Source: a virus (taxonomy: Duplodnaviria > Caudoviricetes). From it: 44,023 bases of DNA. Shown here in pieces: positions 32,518-40,503 of the stretch (its first letter is position 1; every line of letters begins with the position of its first letter). The position numbers and the translations under genes were made by a program. The stretch is from IMG/VR virus record IMGVR_UViG_3300030620_000014, positions 1 to 44,023 of that record. The stretch is one strand, 5' to 3'. Below the pieces are notes generated by a model. It searched no databases, had not been told where the DNA came from, and saw only the letters and a list, made by a program, of their open reading frames with translations.

Positions 32518-33705
32518 ATGACGAAGACGACGACACGACGTTGGAGAGGTGGAGACTGCGGCCCGGCGGCCTACGCCGCGATCGTGGGTTGTACGCTCCG
32601 GGAGGCGACCGACGCGCTCCTCGACGAGTACGAGCGGGCCGGGCGGACGCAGAGTGGCGGGTGCAGCCGCACGGCCATGGACTACGCACTTCGCCGTGCG
32701 GGGTTCAAGGTGCCGCGTTGGGGCGTCTCCGAGCCTGTGCTCCCGAAGGCGGAGCGGATGGTCCACAGCGGCCCCGGCGGGTATTGGGGCGGGCGAGTCA
32801 GCTACCCGGAGTATCGGTACACGCTGGCCCGGTACGTCCGGGAGGTGGCGACCGAAGGCCTGTGGCTGATTACCGCCGGCTCGTCCTCGCCACACTACGT
32901 GGTGTACCGGGACGGGAAGTGCGTCGAGGACAACGGCGTGCCGAGGCGGCGGGGCCGGGTCCTGTGCGCGCAGCGGGTAACCCGGGTGGACGGGCAGGAG
33001 ATCCCGGAGGCGCCGACCGGCGCGGTGGGTTTGGAGTCCGGAGGCTCGGTCGGGGCGGCACCACCTGAGAAGGTGGAATGTGCCGAGTGTGGCATGAAGG
33101 TTCGCCCCGGGCAGCTTCACTACCCGGCGAACGACCCGGAGAATGGTCCGGCCCATCCCCCGCGCACGCGGGAAGAGGAGGATATCATGGACGGGGAGAC
33201 GATTATCGAGCGGCGCCGCGCTGCCCGACTGGCGTGGAACGATCTCTTCAACGATAGGCTTTCTTTCAAGGAACGTCAACGGAAAGGCGACGTGCTGACT
33301 TCGGCGGAGGCGGAGAGGCTGGACGAACTGACCGAGGCGGAGCGGGCCGCGTGGGAGGTGTATATAGCGATCATGGTGGAGTGGAAGGCCAAGGCGATCG
33401 AGGCGGAGAATCGCGCGTGGGCGGAGTACAGGGCGGCGCAGCAGGAGGTGGCGGAGGCCGCCAAGCCTGTCGACACGACGTGGGCGGACGACGCGGAGGC
33501 CCTGCGCGAGGAGGAGGCGGCCGAGAGCGCCGAGGCCTACCGGACCCGCCAGCCGACCTACTTCGCGGGGACGCGGGTAGTCTGGACGCCCTCCACGGGC
33601 GTGACGCGACTGGCGCTCGTCATCAAGGACGAGGGGGAGTTCGTCCGGGTGAACTGGCTCGGGGGGCACTATATCGCCAACCCGGCACACCTTCGACTCA
33701 GCTAG
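32518..33705 (+). CDS. First early gene: papain/C39-like peptidase domain fused to a helical domain and an SH3-like tail
   Basis: GDCGPAA (Cys), PHYVVY (His), VEDN (Asp); internal in-frame RBS plus ATG at 33187. Confidence 0.6.
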   Translation: MTKTTTRRWRGGDCGPAAYAAIVGCTLREATDALLDEYERAGRTQSGGCSRTAMDYALRRAGFKVPRWGVSEPVLPKAERMVHSGPGGYWGGRVSYPEYRYTLARYVREVATEGLWLITAGSSSPHYVVYRDGKCVEDNGVPRRRGRVLCAQRVTRVDGQEIPEAPTGAVGLESGGSVGAAPPEKVECAECGMKVRPGQLHYPANDPENGPAHPPRTREEEDIMDGETIIERRRAARLAWNDLFNDRLSFKERQRKGDVLTSAEAERLDELTEAERAAWEVYIAIMVEWKAKAIEAENRAWAEYRAAQQEVAEAAKPVDTTWADDAEALREEEAAESAEAYRTRQPTYFAGTRVVWTPSTGVTRLALVIKDEGEFVRVNWLGGHYIANPAHLRLS

Positions 33706-33715
33706 GAGGGAGATC

Positions 33716-34231
33716 ATGCATCAGCACATCTTCGAGAACGAGAATGGTGACGCGGTGGACGTGGCCTACTTCTGCACCGAGACATGCCACCGGGACTGGT
33801 GTTACGACCACGGCATCCCGTATGGCGGCTGGAACGGCTGCTACGAGGGGCCGGACTGCGCCGTGTGGTGCGAGCAATGCGAGGCGCCGCTGAACGGGTG
33901 GGCGGAGAAGGAGGAGTGCGCCGTGTGCGACGTGTGCGACGCGCGCGTGTCGTCGTTCGACATCGGCCGGGTCGTCGCCTACGGTATCGAGACGTTCGCG
34001 TGCTCGAGTTGCCGGACGCCAAAGCCGCCGCCCGTGAAGCCGCCGCCCGTGAAGGTGGCGGAGGGCGGCCCGGATTTGATCGCGGGCCATCCTCGGCCTC
34101 TCCCGAACTCCCCTTGCCCGCTATGCGGGGGCGAGGGAATGTCCCTCGGCGCCGGCTGGAGCCGTTGCCGGCGCTGCGGGATCGACCACCGCACCGAAGC
34201 GATGTACAACCCCGAGAGCGAGGAGGAGTGA
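33716..34231 (+). CDS. Cys-rich multi-zinc-finger hypothetical protein
   Basis: AGGAGG RBS; six CxxC-type pairs. Confidence 0.7.
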   Translation: MHQHIFENENGDAVDVAYFCTETCHRDWCYDHGIPYGGWNGCYEGPDCAVWCEQCEAPLNGWAEKEECAVCDVCDARVSSFDIGRVVAYGIETFACSSCRTPKPPPVKPPPVKVAEGGPDLIAGHPRPLPNSPCPLCGGEGMSLGAGWSRCRRCGIDHRTEAMYNPESEEE

Positions 34232-34372
34232 CCATGCGCGGACCGGAGTGGCCCCGGGTGATCCTTTCGAAGGCTCGGGGTTGGCATCATGCCGACGCCG
34301 TTCGGCTTTGAGTTTCTCGAGTCACGGTACAATCACGAACTGTCAATCAGTCAGAACTGAGGAGAGTTGACC

Positions 34373-34972
34373 ATGAAGACGATCGAGATCAACGGACATA
34401 CGATCCGTCCGTTCGCCGACCTGTACGAGGTCGACCTGCGCGGGGCCGACCTGCGCGGGGCCAACCTGCGCGGGGCCGACCTGCGCGGGGCCATCCTGAC
34501 CGGGGCCATCCTGACCGGGGCCAACCTGCGCGGGGCCGTCCTGACCGGGGCCGTCCTGACCGGGGCCAACCTGCGCGGGGCCGACCTGCGCGGGGCCAAC
34601 CTGCGCGGGGCCGACCTGCGCGGGGCCATCCTGACCGGGGCCAACCTGCGCGAGGCCAACCTGACCGGGGCCAACCTGCGCCAGGCCAACCTGCGCGGGG
34701 CCATCCTGACCGGGGCCATCCTCCCCACGGATGAGACGTGGGAGGAGTATCTGTCTCAGGTAGTGCCGGCGCTCCTGCGGGCCGGGGGGGCCGACCTCGG
34801 AGTCGTCGCCACCCCGGAGACGTGGGCGTGTCACTCGTGGGAGAACTGCCCGATGGCGGTCGCGTTCGGAGCGCATAACCTGAGAGCCGTTCCTCTCCTC
34901 CACCGCCCGCGCGCGGCACAGTTCATCCAGTTCTTCGACGCCAGATTGATCCCTATGCCGGAGGGGGTCTGA
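34373..34972 (+). CDS. Pentapeptide-repeat protein
   Basis: About 20 tandem A(D/N/I/V)L(R/T)G repeats; GAGGAG RBS. Confidence 0.9.
   Translation: MKTIEINGHTIRPFADLYEVDLRGADLRGANLRGADLRGAILTGAILTGANLRGAVLTGAVLTGANLRGADLRGANLRGADLRGAILTGANLREANLTGANLRQANLRGAILTGAILPTDETWEEYLSQVVPALLRAGGADLGVVATPETWACHSWENCPMAVAFGAHNLRAVPLLHRPRAAQFIQFFDARLIPMPEGV
34430..34723 (+). repeat. 15-bp coding tandem repeat (GCC-NNC-CTG-CGC/ACC-GGG)
   Basis: Near-identical 15-mers encode the pentapeptide units. Confidence 0.9.
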
Positions 34973-35541
34973 TGCTTACGCCAATGCACACCCGAATCGA
35001 CGGTCCGAGCTTCGAGCTTCCGCCGGTCGACCCGTGGTTGGTCGCCCTGTGGGAGATGATGCCGGCGCCGTTCAAGGTCTGGTTCTTCGACGAGGCGTTC
35101 ACGATGCTCGTGCGCCAATGGTTCCTCGACATCTCCGCCGGCTCGCTCCAGCGGCAGGCGCTCCTCCTCCGGTTCGGCATCAACCGGGACGGCCGCGTGT
35201 ACTCGTGGCAGGAGGTGGGGGACGAGATGGGCGGGCGAGCGTGGCAGACCGTTCAGGAGTTCGCCGCGAAGGGTCTCATGAACTTCTGGCGGGAGTTCGG
35301 CCTCGAGAGCGGCACGAACGACGAGCTACTCCCGAAGGCCCTGCGCGTGATCGCCGACCTGACGAACGAGGCCGGCGACATGCCGGAGGATCTGTCCATC
35401 GTCCCGCCGGGTCGTGACCTGTACGACCCGGAGTATGCGGAGTCGCTCGGGCCGCTCATGGACAACGGGGGCCGGGCGCTGCCCGGAGGCCGGGCGATCC
35501 GGCCGGACGTCCTGTTCCCGTGGAGAAAGGAGGCCGAATAG
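34972..35541 (+). CDS. Protein with a stand-alone sigma70 region 4-like HTH
   Basis: QRQALLLRFGI...YSWQEVGDEMG..WQTVQEFAAKGL parallels RpoD region 4 (LRFG...TLEEVG..F..TRERIRQIEAKAL). Confidence 0.65.
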   Translation: MLTPMHTRIDGPSFELPPVDPWLVALWEMMPAPFKVWFFDEAFTMLVRQWFLDISAGSLQRQALLLRFGINRDGRVYSWQEVGDEMGGRAWQTVQEFAAKGLMNFWREFGLESGTNDELLPKALRVIADLTNEAGDMPEDLSIVPPGRDLYDPEYAESLGPLMDNGGRALPGGRAIRPDVLFPWRKEAE

Positions 35542-35642
35542 AACCCGTAAGTACCTGTGACGGGGGGTGTAGGGTAGAGGGGGGTGTCACCGGGTCGGTG
35601 ACGCCCCCTCCCTATCTCTACCCTGACGCTAGGAGCGGAACG

Positions 35643-35966
35643 TTGCACATCCCTGTGCTGGTCCTCGTGGCGCTCGCGGCCTTCCTCCTCGGATGGCTCC
35701 TCCTGCCGGTGGTTCTCTACCACAGGCTTTTCCGACAGCTTCTCAGTCGCCGGCCGGCGATGCTGACCCTGCCCGGGGACCGTCCCGGCAAGACGGTCAC
35801 ATATGCGATCACGGCCCGCGGTTGGCGCCGGCTGACGCCGAAGCCGCCCTCCAAGCGGGCGCGGCGGAAGGCTCGTCGGCGGCTCGAGAAGTACATCCGG
35901 GAGAACCGGGCGACTCGTACCCCGGCGCAGAACCTCAAGGCGAAGATGGAAGGGAGGGAGTCCTGA
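35643..35966 (+). CDS. Membrane-anchored basic protein
   Basis: AGGAG RBS plus TTG35643; TM helix followed by an Arg/Lys-rich tail. Confidence 0.5.
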   Translation: MHIPVLVLVALAAFLLGWLLLPVVLYHRLFRQLLSRRPAMLTLPGDRPGKTVTYAITARGWRRLTPKPPSKRARRKARRRLEKYIRENRATRTPAQNLKAKMEGRES

Positions 35967-36238
35967 TGTTGTACGCGATCAGGAGAATAGCGGGGCAGGC
36001 GGTGTGGGGTATCGATTATGTGTCGGACACGACGAAGTTCGACCTGATCGGGGTTTATGGATTCCGGTACACCGACGATATCCGCGAAGCACATCACTTC
36101 GGGACCGTGGACGATGCCGTAGAGTGGATTTACCTACGCGGAAAGGCGTCCGGCGCGAGTGATATGATGTATGAACCCAAGTTCACCATTGTGGGCGTGG
36201 AAGAGGTTCAGCCGCAATACCGAGAGGTGGAACTATGA
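35966..36238 (+). CDS. Hypothetical protein
   Basis: TGATG-coupled start and GGGAGG RBS; visibly lower GC than its neighbours. Confidence 0.6.
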   Translation: MLYAIRRIAGQAVWGIDYVSDTTKFDLIGVYGFRYTDDIREAHHFGTVDDAVEWIYLRGKASGASDMMYEPKFTIVGVEEVQPQYREVEL

Positions 36239-36262
36239 GAACGATCGCGGAGGAGTGACCGT

Positions 36263-37033
36263 ATGAAGATCCTAGGTATCGACATCGAAACGGCCCCGAA
36301 CACGGCGCATGTGTGGGGTCTGTTCAAGCAGACGATCGCCACGAATCAGATCCTCCAGACCGGCCGGGTGATGTGCTTCGCGGCACGCTGGTTCCATCTG
36401 CCGGCGGAGGAGGCGCCGACCGTGTTCGTGTCGGAGGAGGGCGATCGGTGGGCGCATCGGCGCATGGTCAAGGAAGCACACCGGCTCCTCACGGAGGCCG
36501 ACGTGATCGTTCACTACAACGGCACGCGCTTCGACATGCCTACCCTCAACCGGGAGTTCTTGAAGGCCGGACTCGGGCCGCCCGCGCCGTACCAGCAGGT
36601 TGACCTGCTGCGGGTCGCGCGGCAGCAGTTTCGGTTCGCGTCGAACCGGTTGGATCATCTCCTCCGGGAGTTGAAGATCGGGGAGAAGGTCCGGCACGAC
36701 GGGCACTCGCTGTGGGTGGGGTGCATGAACGGGGACGAGGAGGCGTGGAAGCGGATGCGCGAGTACAACCTCGGAGACGTCGACCAGATGGAGGATCTGT
36801 ACTGGCGGCTGCTCCCGTGGATCTCGAACCACCCGAACCACGCGCTCTACTTGAACCCGGATCGCCCGGTCTGCCCGAACTGCGGAGAGGACTCGCTCCA
36901 GCGTCGGGGCTACCAGTACGCCCGGACGCAGAAGTACCAGCGATATCAATGTAAGTCGTGCGGGACGTGGAGCCGGCGTCGGTTCACGGCGGTCCCTCGA
37001 GATCGCACGCACAACACGCTCACTCAGGCGTAG
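36263..37033 (+). CDS. DnaQ/RNase H-like 3'-5' exonuclease (RNase_H_2-like) with C-terminal Zn ribbon
   Basis: Exo I IDIET, Exo II HYNGTRFDMP, Exo III YNLGDV; CPNCG...CKSCG. Confidence 0.88.
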   Translation: MKILGIDIETAPNTAHVWGLFKQTIATNQILQTGRVMCFAARWFHLPAEEAPTVFVSEEGDRWAHRRMVKEAHRLLTEADVIVHYNGTRFDMPTLNREFLKAGLGPPAPYQQVDLLRVARQQFRFASNRLDHLLRELKIGEKVRHDGHSLWVGCMNGDEEAWKRMREYNLGDVDQMEDLYWRLLPWISNHPNHALYLNPDRPVCPNCGEDSLQRRGYQYARTQKYQRYQCKSCGTWSRRRFTAVPRDRTHNTLTQA

Positions 37034-37041
37034 GGGGCGCG

Positions 37042-37281
37042 ATGGCGATGCGAACGCCGGCGGCCGGGACGTGGGAAGCCGAGAGCTTCATCTCGGAGTT
37101 GAGCCGTGTTCTCGTCGCCAATGACATCACGCAGGGTGCCCTCGCCCGGGCAATGGGCTGTACGCGGCAGGAGGTGAGCCGGTGGCTCCGCGGAGTGCGC
37201 CGGCCGTCGCTCGGGACCATGATGCGGATGGAGCGGGCACTCCAGAACTGTCTACTACTGATGGCAGAGGAGGAAGAATAG
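37042..37281 (+). CDS. XRE-family (Cro/CI-like) HTH regulator
   Basis: ITQGALARAMGCTRQEVSRWLRGVRRPS. Confidence 0.85.
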   Translation: MAMRTPAAGTWEAESFISELSRVLVANDITQGALARAMGCTRQEVSRWLRGVRRPSLGTMMRMERALQNCLLLMAEEEE

Positions 37282-37337
37282 ACCATGATTTTCTACGCCG
37301 TGGAGGTTCGGGACATGAAGGTCACGGAGATCGAGGG

Positions 37338-37517
37338 GTGAGGGTGTTTGTCGCGGCGGACGAGTACGGCCCGGCGCTTCCGCCCGCCTCACAGCAACCG
37401 CTGGTCGCGATCCGGCTGCCGGACGGCCGGGTGATCGAGGGCCGGGAGCCGCACATCGTCATCGCGACTCGTGAGGGTGCAACGCAGTACGAGAGAGGAT
37501 GGACAGTCAATGGCTGA
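37338..37517 (+). CDS. Small hypothetical protein
   Basis: GTG start; overlaps the start of the next gene. Confidence 0.4.
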   Translation: MRVFVAADEYGPALPPASQQPLVAIRLPDGRVIEGREPHIVIATREGATQYERGWTVNG

Positions 37518-37944
37518 CCTCAAGGCGAAGTCCCGGAAGCGTTGGCGCGATCGCGGATACCACGTTGAGAACGGGGAGACCATGATGCACGCCCCCGGCG
37601 GGATCGTCCGCCGGCACGACGTGTTCGGGTTCGCGGATCTGATCGCGGTGCCGATGAAGGCTCCTGAGCGCCCTGTGTGGGATGGCGGTGCTGTCTTGCC
37701 CACGCGATGGATCTGGATTCAGTCGACCTCGTGGTCGAACGCGACGGCTCGGCTGCGGAAGATCCAGCGTGAGGCGGCGGGGCAGGGGCAATGGGCTCGG
37801 CCGATCCGGGAGCTTGCTCGGGCCGTCCTCGTGCGGGGTGATCTCATCCTGATCGAGGGCTGGCGGAGGAAGAAGAACTCGCGGCTGTACGAGGTGCGGG
37901 AGATATGGATCACCATGGAGGACTTGGAGGACGACAATGCGTAG
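37510..37944 (+). CDS. PD-(D/E)XK-type nuclease (Holliday-junction resolvase-like)
   Basis: RGYHVE...DVFGFADLIA...WIQSTS. Confidence 0.65.
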   Translation: MADLKAKSRKRWRDRGYHVENGETMMHAPGGIVRRHDVFGFADLIAVPMKAPERPVWDGGAVLPTRWIWIQSTSWSNATARLRKIQREAAGQGQWARPIRELARAVLVRGDLILIEGWRRKKNSRLYEVREIWITMEDLEDDNA

Positions 37945-38074
37945 GAACGCGGGGTTCATCATCTTCATGCCCGGGGCGGTCGCGGGTATCCTTATTGCGC
38001 CCGAGGGGTTCCAGCCGTGGGCGTTGCCGTTCGCGCTTCTGGCGGCGTACATCGACGTGCGCTATTTGCGATGA
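37937..38074 (+). CDS. Small hydrophobic protein (45 aa, not in the ORF track)
   Basis: GGAGG RBS; MRRNAGFIIFMPGAVAGILIAPEGFQPWALPFALLAAYIDVRYLR; ATGA-coupled to the helicase gene. Confidence 0.5.
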   Translation: MRRNAGFIIFMPGAVAGILIAPEGFQPWALPFALLAAYIDVRYLR

Positions 38075-39270
38075 ATCTCTACCCGTATCAGGAGACCGGC
38101 GTGGAGTTCTTGCTCGAGGCGCCGCGGCGTTACCTCGCGGACCGGATGGGGCTCGGGAAGACCGTTCAGGCTCTCGTGGCCCTGCAACGCCTCGGCCCGA
38201 TTGACCCCCCGCTCGTCATCGCACCGGCGGGGGCAATCCCGACATGGCGAGAGCAGTCCCGGAAGTTCGGGGTGCCGGCGCCGCCCATGATCTCCTATAC
38301 GGGCTTCATCCACAAAGACTGGCGCCGGTTCGGCCGCCCGTCTGTGGTGATCCTCGACGAGGCGCACTACTGCAAGACCCCGAGCGCGCAGAGGACGAAG
38401 GCCGCGCTCAAGGTCGCGCAGTCCGCCGACCGCGCGTGGCTCCTGTCCGGCACACCGATGCCGAACGACCCTCGCGAACTGTACACAGCGTTCAAGATGC
38501 TGTGGCCGGACCTCATGCCCGAGGGCGTGCGGACGGCGGCGGACTGGCGCGACCACTACACGAAGTGGCGCCCCACTACCTTCGGCCCGAAGGTCTACGG
38601 CACGCGCAACGCCGCGGACCTCCGGCGCCGGTTGGACACGTTCATGCTACGACGCGGGCTCCGGGACGTAGGACTCGAGATCCCGCCTGTCCGCGTGGAC
38701 GTGCAGTTTCTTCCCTACATGCGGGAGTTCGCGGAGGAGCTTGGACGGATAGAACAGACACGGGGTCTCGACCTCAGTCATGCGGAGACGCGCCGACTGC
38801 TCGGGGTCCACAAGGCGGGGCCGGTGGCCAAGACCATCGCTGCGGAGATGCGGGACAGAGCCTACCCGGCCATAGTAGTCATGTACTACCACCTCGACGT
38901 TGGGGGCGAGGTGGGCCGGGTCCTGAGAGAGGCCGGCCTTCGGGTCGTCGGGTTCGACGGCTCCGCCACGGAACGCGAGCGGACGCTCGCTATCAACACG
39001 TTTCGCGCCGAGGGTGCGGACGTGTTTCTCGTGCAGCAGGGCGCCGGCGGGACGGGCGTCGACGGGCTACAGGACAGGGCGAGCGAGATCGTTTTGCTCG
39101 AGCCTCACTACTCGCCCGAGATCAACGCGCAGTACATCAAGCGGGTCCACCGGATCGGACAGGACCGCCCGGTGCGGGCTCGCCTGTTCGCGGTGGACGG
39201 CTCGGCGGACGCCGGGCTCATGGATTCGCTGGCGGCCAAGGTCGCCATGCACAGGGAGGTATTCGGATGA
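38071..39270 (+). CDS. SNF2-family helicase
   Basis: LYPYQ, DRMGLGKT, DEAH, SGTP and RVHRIGQ. Confidence 0.92.
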   Translation: MNLYPYQETGVEFLLEAPRRYLADRMGLGKTVQALVALQRLGPIDPPLVIAPAGAIPTWREQSRKFGVPAPPMISYTGFIHKDWRRFGRPSVVILDEAHYCKTPSAQRTKAALKVAQSADRAWLLSGTPMPNDPRELYTAFKMLWPDLMPEGVRTAADWRDHYTKWRPTTFGPKVYGTRNAADLRRRLDTFMLRRGLRDVGLEIPPVRVDVQFLPYMREFAEELGRIEQTRGLDLSHAETRRLLGVHKAGPVAKTIAAEMRDRAYPAIVVMYYHLDVGGEVGRVLREAGLRVVGFDGSATERERTLAINTFRAEGADVFLVQQGAGGTGVDGLQDRASEIVLLEPHYSPEINAQYIKRVHRIGQDRPVRARLFAVDGSADAGLMDSLAAKVAMHREVFG

Positions 39271-39479
39271 TGCCGAAAACGCGGAGACTGGTAGAGGGGA
39301 TCGTCTATCGTGCGCTGGACCCGGTTCGGAGTGTCGTCTCCCTGCACGATCAACGGCTCGCCACGCTAGAGCGGAGGATGAAGCGGCTCGAGTGCAAGCA
39401 TTGTTTCTGTCGACCGGACTTCATGTGTGACGTCAATGTGTGCTGCCGGTGCGGGTCCTACGAACCCGAGGAGGAGTAG
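39267..39479 (+). CDS. Small Cys-rich protein
   Basis: ATGA overlap; CKHCFC...CCRCG. Confidence 0.55.
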   Translation: MMPKTRRLVEGIVYRALDPVRSVVSLHDQRLATLERRMKRLECKHCFCRPDFMCDVNVCCRCGSYEPEEE

Positions 39480-39480
39480 C

Positions 39481-39687
39481 ATGGCGAGGATCGCTGGCGT
39501 GGTAATGAACGAGAACGACTGTATCGTCGTGAAAGCGGACGGGTCGGCATTCATGCTGACCGGCGGACTGGCCGAGGGAGATATCGGGTGGGCGGAGATA
39601 CCCCCCGTCCCCCGGACGGAGGCGGCGGGGCGGCGGGATATGAGAGACATGTTCGCGGACACAGGAGGCTCCGATGGGCAAGGGTGA
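39481..39687 (+). CDS. Hypothetical protein
   Basis: GAGGAG RBS; tight packing with neighbours. Confidence 0.55.
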   Translation: MARIAGVVMNENDCIVVKADGSAFMLTGGLAEGDIGWAEIPPVPRTEAAGRRDMRDMFADTGGSDGQG

Positions 39688-39868
39688 CAAGCCGCGCCCG
39701 GTGGACAAGGCGAAGTTCGATCGCAACTACGACCGGATTTTCGGCAAACAGGGGGTGACGGTTCCGAACGAGTACGACACCGAGGAAGCGGCTCGCGTAC
39801 TCGAGAGCAACGACCCGGACATCAACCCGAACGAATTCGACACGAAACCCGAGGAGGCCCAAGGATGA
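39674..39868 (+). CDS. Small phage protein (MGKGDKPRP...F..NYDRIF type)
   Basis: AGGAGG RBS; N-terminal motif familiar from phage genomes. Confidence 0.65.
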   Translation: MGKGDKPRPVDKAKFDRNYDRIFGKQGVTVPNEYDTEEAARVLESNDPDINPNEFDTKPEEAQG

Positions 39869-40503
39869 GGATCGGAGTCGACTGTGACGGCGTGCTCTAT
39901 CATTGGGAGCGCACCGCGCGCTACATGCTGCGGCGCAAGCTTCGTCGAGAAGGGCGCCGTCCGAACCCTGCGCTGGACGTCCCGTCCGATCGGTGGGATT
40001 ACATCCGCGATGTGGTCGAGCCCGAGGACTGGCGGTGGCTGTGGAACAAAGGCGTGGCAGAAGGACTGTTCCGTTACGGGCATGTCGTTGGCGGCAGCCT
40101 CGAAGGAATGGCCAGACTTCACGCCTTCGGGGATCTCGTCATTGTGACGAGCCGCCCGGCGCACGCCGTGAAGGATACGCTCGCGTGGCTTTCGCTGATG
40201 ACAGATAAGGTGGACCTTCGGGGGATTCACATCCTCTCGGACGGCCAGCCGAAGTCCACGATCGTCGACCTCGAGGGCCTTGATCTGCTCGTGGACGACG
40301 GGCCGCACAACGCAGTGGACGTGGCGGAGAACACAGAGGCCAGCGTCATCCTGCTGGACCAGCCTTGGAACCGAGCGAACGACTATGACGGTTTCCGTAT
40401 CGAGGACGCCTACGACGAGGTAGAGCGAGCGTTCGATTGGGAGGGCGTCGTGAGGCTGGCGGCCGAAGTCGCCATGGTCCTGCAAGACGAGGAGGGGGTA
40501 TGA
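39865..40503 (+). CDS. 5'(3')-deoxyribonucleotidase (HAD, NT5C-like)
   Basis: IGVDCDGVL, IVTSRP, K, LVDDGPHN and QPWN. Confidence 0.88.
   Translation: MRIGVDCDGVLYHWERTARYMLRRKLRREGRRPNPALDVPSDRWDYIRDVVEPEDWRWLWNKGVAEGLFRYGHVVGGSLEGMARLHAFGDLVIVTSRPAHAVKDTLAWLSLMTDKVDLRGIHILSDGQPKSTIVDLEGLDLLVDDGPHNAVDVAENTEASVILLDQPWNRANDYDGFRIEDAYDEVERAFDWEGVVRLAAEVAMVLQDEEGV

Noticed and set aside
34301-34333. Sigma70 promoter upstream of the pentapeptide gene (TACAAT at 34328)
   Set aside because: The best -35 candidate (TTGAGT) is only 14 bp away, so support is insufficient.
34430-34723. Diversity-generating retroelement or mobile repeat
   Set aside because: This is a simple coding tandem repeat. There is no reverse transcriptase and no TR/VR pair with adenine-specific mismatches.
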